A model generated the notes under the pieces. It saw only the letters and a program-made list of their open reading frames with translations. It had not been told where the DNA came from and did no database searches. 64,000 nt of DNA from Macrostomum lignano. Taxonomy: Eukaryota. Of the stretch, positions 27,275-37,842 are shown piece by piece; within the stretch, counting starts at the first letter, position 1; each line of letters opens with the position of its first letter. The stretch spans positions 620,001 to 684,000 of the forward strand of contig NIVC01000085.1 of the NCBI GenBank assembly GCA_002269645.1, read 5' to 3'. The position numbers and the translations under genes were made by a program.

Positions 27275-27700
27275 ACAGCAAGCATCCTCAGACAGCATTC
27301 AAGCATCGATCCCCAAATAGCGAAATCCTCCAGACTGCAAGCGTCCCCCAGATAGCAAGCATCCCCCAGATAGCAAGCATTCCCCCAGACCCCAGATACA
27401 TGTAGTAATCATCCCCCAGACTGCAAGCAACCCCTGATAGCAAGCATCTCCCAGATCGCAAGCATCCCACAGACTGCAAGCAACCCCTGATAGCAAGCAT
27501 CTCCCAGATCGCAAGCATCCCACAGACTGCAAGCAACCCCTGATAGCAAGCATAACCTGGATACAAAGAGACCTTATAGATATCTAGCAACCCCCTCTTA
27601 GATAGCAAGTACCCTCCACCCCCCAGTAGCAAGCATCCTTCCGATAGCAAGCATCCCCTTGATAGCAAGTATCCATCCTTAAATAGCAAGAATCCACCAG
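27275..27700. repeat. variable ~17-21-bp tandem array (GATAGCAAGCATCCCCCA-like)
   Basis: Direct inspection; reverse-complement array at ~42690-43060. Confidence 0.9.
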
Positions 27701-27859
27701 AGAAAGTAGCTAGTGCAACAATTTCCTTAGCTTTATAGTGGCTCCTTTTGTTTGGCATGACTTCTTTTATGTTTGAAACGGTGTCTCTTTTATCTTTAAA
27801 AAGGTGACTCTTTAATTTGATTTAATTTGATTTATTTAATTTGGTTTGACATGATAGCT

Positions 27860-28460
27860 CTTTAATGTTTGACATGGCTGCCCTTTTACGTTTGAAATGT
27901 TGTCTCTGTTATATTTGACATGGTGGCTCTTTTATGTTTGACATGGTGTCTCTTCTATGTTTGACATGGTGGCTTAGTTGTTTGACATAGTGGCTCTTTT
28001 ATGTTTGACATGCAGTCACGTATATTTTTGACATGGTGGCTCTTTTATGTTTGACATGGTGGCTCCTTTATGTTTGACATGGTGTCTCTTCTATGTTTGA
28101 CATGGTGGCTCTTCTATGTTTGACATGGTGGCTCTTCTATGTTTGACATGGTGGCTCTTTAATGTTTGACATGGTGGCTCTTAGATGTTTGACATGGTGG
28201 CTTAGTTGTTTGACATGGCGGCTCTTTTATGTTTGACATGCAGTCACGTATATGTTTGACATGGTGGCTCTTTTATGTTTGACATGGTGGCTCTTAGATG
28301 TTTGACATGGTGGCTTAGTTGTTTGACATGGCGGCTCTTTTATGTTTGACATGCAGTCACGTATATGTTTGACATGGTGGCTCTTTTATGTTTGACATGG
28401 TGGCTCTTTTATGTTTGACATGGTGTCTCTTCTATGTTTGACATGGTGGCTCTTTTATGT
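27860..28460. repeat. 23-bp tandem array (ATGTTTGACATGGTGGCTCTTTT) with variant units
   Basis: Direct inspection; shorter reverse-complement array at ~42500-42640. Confidence 0.92.
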
Positions 28461-28508
28461 TTAGCATTTTGTGTGTGTTTTAAGGCGTTTTAATAAAAAA
28501 GTTTTTTA

Positions 28509-28574
28509 CACTACTAAGATTCGAACCCAGGTCGCTACATTAGCAGTCCAGTCTGTTCGCATCTAGGCTATCTC
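28509..28574 (-). pseudogene. tRNA-like sequence (Ser-GCT-like) inside a composite repeat
   Basis: Minus strand GAGATAGCCTAG...GGACTGCTAA...GGGTTCGAATC carries A/B-box-like motifs and the GGACTGCTAA anticodon-arm string of tRNA-Ser(GCT). No complete cloverleaf. Confidence 0.55.
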
Positions 28575-31500
28575 TTTTCAATTGGAGAACGTGAATTGTG
28601 GCCCTTATAATTCAATACTTTCAGCAAGTCGGTTAGAGTAAAAAGTTATGACATAATCAATTTCTCAGTCAGCCAGTATCAGTCTCAATTCAAGTTAGCA
28701 ATATGGTTACGCAATTTTAATCAAGTCGGGTGTACATTTCTTCGACACTGTTTTCATCTTGTTGTGATGCAATCTTTATCACAATCGGAATTGAGCCAGT
28801 CAGTTTTTTCTCTAGCATTCTTACAATGCATTCCGGGTCGAAAGAGCTGCTTGACCTTTGCAAAAAAGCATGTTTTTCGAATATTTAATCCCTTTAAAAT
28901 TGAGCAATTTCTTAGCCAATATGCATTTACCGTCCCAGGAAAATTTCCGATCGAATGGTGCAAGTTTGAAGAAAATCGGTTGAGCCAATTTTTCTGAAAT
29001 CTATCGCATATATACCTACCGAAAGGAATTTTTAGTATATAGGACAAGGGAAAGAGTAGTAATGACTTGTTACTAAAAATAACTCAAGGTGGCAATACGA
29101 TTGTATTTTTAAATTGGCTACCAGTGTGGCCATTCTATATGCGTTCTCGTTGTTTGATAAGTGCTACAGTGCTAAGTGCTACATTTAATATTTCAGTTAG
29201 TATATAATAACCATCAAAGTCATAACCCGTAACCGTCAATGTCTTCACGTCACCGCATCCGCCTGGTAGCGCACCTCGTCCCGAATGAGCTTCATATCCT
29301 CCAGAACGAAGCTAACTGGTACGGCGCAGTGCTGTAGGGCCGGAGACTCTCAACTTCTTGTCCAGAGTCTTCCTCGATACTTGTAGATTAAGCCGTCGAG
29401 TTATATTCCGGACAGACCTTAGTTGACGTTTGAGTCGGTGAATGATATAGCCGATGTAAAATGACACAATTATTGTGCGTTTGTCGTAAAAATTCTCATG
29501 TTAAAATTAATCAGCCGGTATGTTATGTTCTTTTTTCGCTCGCTGTTGCGCTTTTAGCCAATAAGCTCACCCCACAAGAGCCAATGCTGCACACCGTGCC
29601 CAGGCAGTTGTGTTTTCACTGCAGAGTTTATGGCCTGCCATATTTGGCGGTGTGCTGATTTTGATACTGTTATGTATGCATTAAGGAGACGGAGTCATTC
29701 GGTTGTTGTCAGACGATTGCGAGAGTTTTGTACTCATATATTTCAGAGCGCTCACGCCAAGCGTCTTCTAGGCCTCTTGGCTTTCTTTAAATTCTGCTCT
29801 AGTCTACTTTATAAAATATACTTACTGTGGTGGTTCCCAGGTGTCTATGGCCCTGAGCCCACACACAGCAGATACTTGATACTGGCTGTGGATTGTCTGG
29901 AGCCTTGGATAAACTTGAAGGTTGGGCGAGCTTCTCTCTGCTCTTCTGCGCACTCTCACCCGAAAACCAGACATGTAGGGTTTGAGGTGGTAGTGGTTGC
30001 TGAGCCTTGGTTATGCGCAGCTCAGTTAAGACGTGGCTAAAAATTTGCTAAATCATGCTAGCTAGAATCTATTATGGTAATTGCAAAGAAAAGAAAGAAA
30101 GATGGCTTTTTGCTTGTTGTCTACTTTATCGCCTTTAGATAAACAGTTGTAGGTTGCACTGTGAAAGCTGATTTTAGATGTAAGCGCATTGTGTTTGAAT
30201 ATATTTTAGTAGATGTTTATTTTTTGCGCTAGGGGGGGTAGTTTTTTGTCACGAAAAATTGCGGAGGGAATCTGTGCCAGAAGCCCCATCATGCCTACTA
30301 CTGACTAGGTTTAGGCTAGGCGTGAGGTCCAAGGTTTGAGTCTGCCTCTCGGCGGGCAATTTAAATTGAATTAACTTATTCAATTGTAGCTTGTGCTTAT
30401 ACTAATTTTTTGTTTAATTAGCCAAAGGACACTTAACGCTTTTTTGCCTTTGGGCACAAGTCGCTAAGAAAATTTAAAGGATTTTTTAAATGCTGAGTTG
30501 TGAAGAAGACTGCCGACATGTATTGAAAATTGATTAGTTAGTCATGCTAAATGCTGAGCCAGTTTTTAGATTGTTGAAAGGATTATTGCAGTTTTCTAAT
30601 GAGACTGAGGAGCCGGTCGAGAAGAGAGCTGCACACTTATTCTTAGGGGATAAATGAGAATTGTTAAGGAAACAGCAGGGAATTTTATTATATGGACTGC
30701 AGAGTTGACTCCTTCAGGCTTATGAGCGTATAGCTGCTTTCTGTTTGAGAGGAAAATTAGTTTGAGAGTTTGAGAGGAAAAATGTAGATTTGTTTTAGGG
30801 TAAGAAAAGGCTTGGCCACTGCGCGGCCTTGAGCGCCAATATATTTAGAAATCGATATTTGCGTGGGGTGGAGTTGCGCCTGATAAATAAGAAGCGTGCA
30901 AGCTGATTGGCTGCAGAGCGCCGGGGCAGGCATTCTACACTTGAGGGTCAGAGAGTTAAACGGTGTACGGCCAACACTTTTTAAAGGTGAATTCTCTTTA
31001 AAAAGGGCAACTAACGTAATGGGGGGGGGAATTAGCAGCTGAATGAAGGTAGTAGAACATCAGAAACAATTAGGTTAATGGCCATTAACCTAGAATTGAG
31101 GGGAAATTAGCTTGATGCTTTGTAGGAGATTGGCGCGTATTTTCAATGCTGATTAGCATTCACGCATTTTTTAAGGCGTGGTGATTTCGTAAAAAGAATG
31201 ATGTTTAACTTGGACTCGTAGTTGAGCCATTCTATATTTTTTCCTTGTAAAGCCTATTCATTTGTTTGTACATCTGTACATTTTGATTGCTAGATTATGC
31301 CCGGTTTTGTCATTGCATGTACGGTTGGCTGTTACGAATTAGTAAAATATCGATTGTATATCCTTCGGCTACTTAAGAAAGTAGTCATACAATGCCTTGC
31401 CGATCGTATACTCAGCAACAGTCAAAAGTTTCACGTGTAAAAATCAGGCGCAGTAAAGAAAAAAAACTTCTCTTTAGTCAAAGTGGGTGGAACTTTTGAC

Positions 31501-31922
31501 TGTTGTTGGGTATATTCCATTTAGTTTTAACATTAATACTTTCATCGATTTGAAACGTCTTGTACGAGCTAATTTGCTACCGCCTATTGGGGTGGTTGGT
31601 CGTTCAAAGTGGAGATAAGCGCAGGTGTGCATACATTTCACTGAATCTTACCTTACCAGTGCAACTGATAGCCAAAGCTAGATTGAGTAGATTTTGTTTA
31701 GAAACCCAATGCACACGGTGCTCTCTTACATGAATGCTACTGGCCAATCAGAATGGGATTAAATCTACCATATTTCTAGAGCCTTGTGATTGGTGTTAGT
31801 GGAGCGTAATTTGGAAGTCATGTTGTAGCAGTCCTAAGCCTGCCGAAACGAGGGTGAAAGCAACGATGTCTGCCCGCCAGCAAAAGTTGTCTATGGCCCC
31901 AAGTGGGCACAAAGAAACTATA

Positions 31923-32113
31923 GGCCGTATGCAGAAAGCTTAGTCCAGACTAGCTAGTCCGGACTTGGGTAGTTCAGTCTATAGTCTATGGTCTAGCTAG
32001 CCTAGTTCTGCTACAGTAGACTGGTCTAACTTTGTGTTTCTGCATACCAAATCCAAGTCTAGACTAGCTTTTCAAGACCGGACTACCCTAGACAGAGCTT
32101 TCTGCATACGGCC
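31923..32113. mobile_element. MITE, PIF/Harbinger-like TIRs
   Basis: 18-bp perfect TIR GGCCGTATGCAGAAAGCT / AGCTTTCTGCATACGGCC, 191 bp, non-coding. TSD not clear. Confidence 0.7.
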
Positions 32114-32261
32114 CAATGTGTATATTTTGAGCTAATATTAGCATTAACATGAGATATTAACATTGTATCACGCTGGCGCGCGTTAGATGCACGATTTACT
32201 GTGCGTCTAATATAGGTGTCTATGGCAATTTTCTATCTGAGTAAAAGCAACAAGCGTGCGT

Positions 32262-32738
32262 CTAACGCGTGCGTGTAATGCACGGAAAGTGAGTACAAAT
32301 GTGGATACAAATCAACGTGGCTGGAGCAAAGTATTCGCCATTCCTCTTGCGAAGTGAGCCATAGAAGTATCGCAATAGACTGTCGATCTCGCGCGGTGTA
32401 GAAGTCGCCAAATCACGCTCAACTGACGGATGGTTCTCCATGAAGCTCTGCAACTTACCGACATAATATTCGGTAGCCTTTGTCACACTTTTACTAGCAG
32501 CGGTTTCCTCGATTTCGGAAACGAGCTGTTCCAATTCAAGTAGTTCAGCTTCTTCGTCAGGTATCTTCTTGAAAAGTGCCTCCAGAAGATCCTCCTCTTC
32601 TCGATCAATTGCCGACTCCGGTAGATTATCAGGCTCGTTCAGAATGTCGTCAATCTCATTGGTGGACAAGCCGGAAATCATTTCGTTCGGAAATTTGCTC
32701 AGATTCAGAAGTCTGACTTTAGTTGGTGGCTCAGCCAT
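32262..32738 (-). pseudogene. Crypton-type (DUF3504/KCTD1-like) tyrosine recombinase N-terminal fragment
   Basis: KATEYYVGKLQSF...EIDSLLRYFYGSLRKRNGEYFAPATLICI matches the Crypton N-terminal ELDxxLxxFYxxxRKxNGxxYxPxTL pattern; the catalytic domain is absent. Confidence 0.75.
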
Positions 32739-33071
32739 ATTCTCTCACAAGTGATTTTAATTTAACAGCTTCTTATTCCCTTCTTCGCAACACTCAATCA
32801 ACTTGCGTGCCTTTCACGCATTTTTGTCTATGGTTAAGACAAATTAACTGAGCGTGCATCTAACGCGCCATCTAAAGTATTAAGCCAACGTAATACAATG
32901 CAACTCATACATTAACATGAGGTAAAAATTAGATATATAGTCCATTGACAAGTCTTTCGATTTCTCACGCGGTATACCTTCTGACCTTAGTTTGATTGAT
33001 TGAAGTTAAACTGAACGAAGAACAGGCATAGATAGGAGTTGAGATACCTCACTGGCATATTCTCGATGTGA

Positions 33072-33407
33072 TCAGGTAAATTCTCCGCGCGTAGAAACTT
33101 TTAGTTTGCGAATATGCAATTCAGTTTGCTTAATCGTCGACTTCCGTTTACTTTCTTGCTCCACATGATGTAGGCCAGCTTCTTCTTCGGTCAATTCACG
33201 AAACAGGTTTCCAACGTGATCTTCCGGTGTAGGATTGCATAGTTCCTCATCAATTAGCCTCTCTTGCTTATCCGTCAGCCCTGTCCATTGACCGATTCTG
33301 TCGACATGGTCCCGAGGATCGAGATGCGTGATGAAATCGAGCTCATCTGAGCTCAATCTACTAATTTCGTCTTCGCGTATTGAAGAATAACGCAGCATAT
33401 TCGACAA
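33072..33407 (-). pseudogene. second Crypton-like N-terminal fragment
   Basis: Acidic N-terminus followed by KRKSTIKQTELHIRKL, paralleling SKSVTKATEYYVGKL of the first fragment. Confidence 0.5.
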
Positions 33408-33635
33408 TCAGTAAAGGAAAAAAACACGATGAATTCTTCTTTCTAACATGACTTCAACATGACTTAATATGACAGGTCTCGAGTGCTTAGGCCATAGACA
33501 AGTCAAGAAGAAGCGGGCGAGAAATGAAGCCAATAGCTTACTTCAAATGGAATTAGACCATAGAATGGATTCAGCGGGCGTAAAATGGTATTTCTCGCCC
33601 GCTGCGTTGGCAGGCTTAGATTGGCTACAATACTA

Positions 33636-33730
33636 ATATAGTTAGGCTGTCTTGGGCAGAAATGAGCGAAAAATTTTGCTTCGCGCCTCGTCTGTTTCGC
33701 TCATTTCTGCCCTCAACAGCCTAACTATAT
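33636..33730. repeat. 36-bp inverted repeat (hairpin), possibly a Crypton terminus
   Basis: ATATAGTTAGGCTGT...GGGCAGAAATGAGCGAAA vs TTTCGCTCATTTCTGCCC...ACAGCCTAACTATAT, about 3 mismatches. Confidence 0.85.
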
Positions 33731-33964
33731 TTATATATTACTGAAAATGCTAAAAATCAGTAGCTATAATTAAGTCAGAACTTGATTCTGTCAAGTATAG
33801 TGCTTCTTCACAAATTTTTCCAGACCCAAGTTTTAAAGAAAAACTTTTCCTATTGCTCTGTATTTATTTGTAAATTATACTGCAATTATACTGCTGACTT
33901 TACTGATTTAGATATTGTGTTATTTTTTCATCGCAATTATTGGCGAAACGCGATCCTATCCTAG

Positions 33965-34369
33965 AAGCACTTTGCAGAAAAGTCGCGAGGCGAAACGGCG
34001 TCGCCAAGAAGAGACCCCTGAAGCTCGGGAGCAGCGACTACAAAAAGAGCGGCTGAGTAAGCAGCAGAGTAGAGCTGCTGAGATGCCGGCAAAGAGGGAT
34101 GCGCGTCTTCAGGCTCAGAAAGAGAGCGACGGGCGCCGCAGGTCGTCTGAGGCGCCGGCCGAGCGAGATGCGCGCCTGGAAGACCTGAAGGAGAGGTCCA
34201 AACGCCTCAGATTGGATGAAACACCCGCTGAGCGCGAGGCGCGCTTGCAGGCCGAGAAGCAGCGCTCAAGCCAACGAATAGCAAGCGAAGACCAATCCCA
34301 GCGGGAAGATCGGCTGCAGCAAAACAGAATGCGCTATCGGGCATCCCTCGAGCTGGAAAGGAGCTCCAG
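33965..34369 (+). CDS. exon: charged ETPxxRExRL coiled-coil repeats (splices in frame to the OTU exon)
   Basis: ETPEAREQRL / EMPAKRDARL / EAPAERDARL / ETPAEREARL; donor AG|GTAAGA at 34369/34370 (phase 2). The 5' boundary is uncertain. Confidence 0.7.
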
Positions 34370-34688
34370 GTAAGATTTAGCTTTAATTACATTTCAACAG
34401 TCTTTCTTATTTTGGACGAAGAAGTTTATTCGACAATCAACATAGACTGCTAATTTTAATGAAAAAAATTGCTGCCATAAAATCGAGATCAATTGCTTCC
34501 ATGGTCATTTCCAGTCATTTCCGTGCAATAATTTTACTATGTGTCTCCCATCTGCTCATGGTGTCATTCCCCAGCTGCCTTGATATAATTTCCTTAATAA
34601 TGTTCAATTTTTGTTGGTGAACTTTATAAGCAATAAGTATCCAACCCAAACGCCAAAAACTTTGCCACAGCTCTGCTCATCTGCCCAG

Positions 34689-35120
34689 CATGCTGCCGGT
34701 CAGTGCAACGCAGGTCTCTAGAGTGAGCGGGGATGGCAACTGCTGGTTCAGAGCGATTTCCAATCAGCTGGTTGGCACCCCGATCTACATGGGCCACAAG
34801 GAGCTGCGAAGGACCATCGCTGCCAGAGCGAGGCCACTGCTGGAGGCACAGACGGCGACAATAGAGGCCATCGGCCTGACGGTGGACGAGTTGATCGCAG
34901 ACACCGAGAGATCCGGGGTCTACGTGCATGAGCACATTGCGCCCATGCTGAACCAGCTGCTGGACGTGGACTACGCCATCTACCAGTACGCTGATGCCGG
35001 GCGGCTGCAGCTGGTGCAGGAGGTGGCGTCAGCTGTGAGGCCTGCGGCGGCTGTCGTGTGGCTCCTGTACAACCGGCACGGCCAGCACTATGACTCCCTG
35101 CGCATTGCACCGCAAGTCAT
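34689..35120 (+). CDS. exon: OTU-like cysteine protease (deubiquitinase fold)
   Basis: VSGDGNCWFRAISNQL and GQHYDSL catalytic motifs; the acceptor CCCAG|C gives AG+C=Ser in frame with the upstream exon; possible donor GTATGT at 35121. Confidence 0.82.
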
Positions 35121-36480
35121 GTATGTTTATTGTTTGCTTCTTATCGCAACGTGTTTAGGCTAGCATTAAGATAAAATGGTACTTCCAGGAAATTTTAAAT
35201 GTGTATTGATATGTAGTCTGGCTTGTGGGTGCGCGTGCACTTAGATGTGCACGTCTGGCTTGTTTGGGGGTTGGGGCTTTGCTCTGCACCGTGTGCGTGC
35301 TTAGGGTGGTTACACCCACCCAACTTTGTCATTAAATATATTGGCGTGAGCCAGTGAGGTCTCCTCACGATTTGTTATTCTCTGAAATTCAACCCACGGT
35401 CTTACAGCTATTATTTTGTAATATTAACAGAGCATTTTTATTTTTATGTTAAAGATTTTCTAACTTTTAAGCCCGGAAACATTTTTAAACTCTATTATTA
35501 CAGTATGAGACTTGTGCATTCAATTACAAACTATACTCCCAATCATCAGTGCCGAGTACTCGGTCAGATCTGCTGTGCCGCCTTCAGTGCCCGTTGTTGA
35601 GCCGCAAGCTGGACTGCCCGATTCCAGCGCTGCACCGGCGTTCTGTACTGACTCTGGGTGAGTGGCCCAATTTTCAGCTTATCGTGGCCATTAGGATCTT
35701 TACAATAGGGTCTTTAATCGTTGCTAATAGGGTCTTTAATAGCCATCTAGGCTGTGAAGAAATGTGGTATTTAAATTTCCAAGGCCTTTTAAAATCTGTT
35801 TTAGCTGTTTACAGTAGAAGGACCATGGGGGTGTATTTCAAATACACACATTTTTCTTTTGTCTTGATCTCCGGAAAATATTCAACCAATTGCCATCAAA
35901 ATCCAGAACATGGGCTAAAATTTTCCGCTTTATTCGATGAAGCAACTCCGAATATCACGAAAAATCGGCATCGTCAAGATATTCAACGATTCTCCTCAGG
36001 GGGTCCGGTGGCAAAAACCACCAACATTGGCAAATTTTTTCTATTCACAAAATTTCATCATGAAACCACATCGGCTCAGAAAACTATGCATATCAGTTGG
36101 AAAGGCCTTTGTTCTCAGCATCCCAGGAACTAGGGTCCCCTTCATCACCATCTGGAGCATCGGTGGCGACCGTCGGGACCTTCAACAAAAGAACCCGATC
36201 GGCATCGCAGAGACGGCTGCGTTCCCAAAACTGAAATGGAAGAATCCTCTCCTCTTCTGCATGCAGCATTCAGTCAGTAGACATAGTCGGTGAATGAAAT
36301 GGACGACGGCGACCCTCTAGGTTGACATGTAGACATACAAGCGACCTTCGGGACCTTCAACGGAGTGCCACCACGCGGCCCCGACTAGCTGGCACCCCCA
36401 ACATCGTGATTTTTCTATCAAGGCACCAAACCAGGCATGTCTGCATATTATAATATGCTTTTGCACCGTGTTAAATTGGA

Positions 36481-37072
36481 CAGACAATTGCTTCCCAATG
36501 GCAAGCCTATAGCAATAGGCACGTACTACAATTCTACCAAGAGTTGCACGGGCACCTGCAACAGGATGTTCCGCACATCCGACTGCAAGCGACAGTCCGA
36601 CTCAAGCGAGAAGGCAATCTTCTCCGGCGGCATACTCAACATAGCAGCTGTGAATGCCGCTGCTATCTGGAGACTGGCGCACCCGGAGCTCTGCGCCTCG
36701 CCGAACTATCGCAACGAGTTCCAGCGCAACGCAGCTGCGCAACTTCTGCAACCTCTGATCGAGGAGCGCTCGCAATCGGCCGCTCTTCTTCAGAATCTGT
36801 CCAATCATCACCGGCTGATGTTCCAGCTCGCAGGTTGTAGAATCAACGACGAGCAAATGAAGGAACAGGCACGCGAAGCGGCGGCTGTGGTGTCAGTTGG
36901 TGGCAGAAAGCGCTGTGCAACATGCGCGAGACAAAAGTCAAATGATGAGAAGCGTGCCTTGAGTGCAACAACAAGGAAGTGTTGCGTGTGTGACGAAGGA
37001 ATTTGCCGAAGACACACTGCAATGGAAGAGACAGTGAGTCACCATTACTGCGCACGTTGTACACCAAATTAA
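36481..37072 (+). pseudogene. piggyBac transposase C-terminal fragment with cysteine-rich domain
   Basis: GKPIAIGTYYNSTK, GILNIAAVNAAAIW, RNEF..QLLQP, RKRCATC...KCCVCDEGICRRH...CARC. The usual GGVDxxDQ motif reads SCTGTCNR. Confidence 0.85.
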
Positions 37073-37134
37073 ATAGTGACAATTGACTCAGCCTTTGTGT
37101 CTATGTGTCAGTGTTCAGATCCTTCTGCTTTGAA

Positions 37135-37245
37135 TTTGCTGTAATATCATTTTTGACATGCCGTAATATCATTTTGGCATGCTGTAATATCATTTTTGAC
37201 ATGCTGTAATATCATTTTTGACCTGCTGTAATATCATTTTTGACA
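37135..37245. repeat. ~21-22-bp tandem repeat (GCTGTAATATCATTTTTGACAT) x5
   Basis: Direct inspection, downstream of the transposase stop. Confidence 0.9.
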
Positions 37246-37842
37246 AATTAAATATATTTTATATTATTCAGTCGCCAGTTAAATCTGTAACTCTCCAATT
37301 TAACACGGTGAAAAAGCATTGTATAATATGCAGACATGCCTGGTTTGGTGCCTTGATAGAAAAATCACGATGTCGGGGGTGCCAGCTAGTCGGGGCCGCG
37401 TGGTAGCACTCCGTTGAAGGTCCCGAAGGTCGCTTGTATGTCTACAGGTCAACCTAGAGGGTCGCCGTCGTCCATTTCATTCACCGACTATGTCTACTGA
37501 CTGAATGCTGCATGCAGAAGAGGAGAGGATTCTTCCATTTCAGTTTTGGGAACGCAGCCGTCTCTGCGATGCCGATCGGGTTCTTTTGTTGAAGGTCCCG
37601 ACGGTCGACACCGATGCTCCAGATGGTGATGAAGGGGACCCTAGTTCCTGGGATGCTGAGAACAAAGGCCTCTCCGACAGATGGACCCAGATTATTGAGC
37701 CAATATGGATTCACCATAAAGGTTTATACAGTATAGTGTTGTTTTTCCTTGCCACCAGTGTCTTCGACAAGAATCGTTGAATATCTCGACGATGCTGACG
37801 TCGGATGACTTTGAAAGTTAATTTGTTGGAAAGAGGGGGGAA

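Larger units (their letters stand above)
27275..29015 (-). mobile_element. unclassified composite repeat, copy A (inverted homolog of 41595-43090)
   Basis: 28600-29015 is the reverse complement of ~41595-42014; the tRNA-like head and both tandem arrays are shared. Confidence 0.75.

Noticed and set aside
27860-28460. CRISPR-like appearance of a conserved ATGTTTGACATG unit with variable intervals
   Set aside because: The intervals are ~10-nt variants of one another rather than unique 25-45-nt spacers; no cas genes; eukaryotic context.
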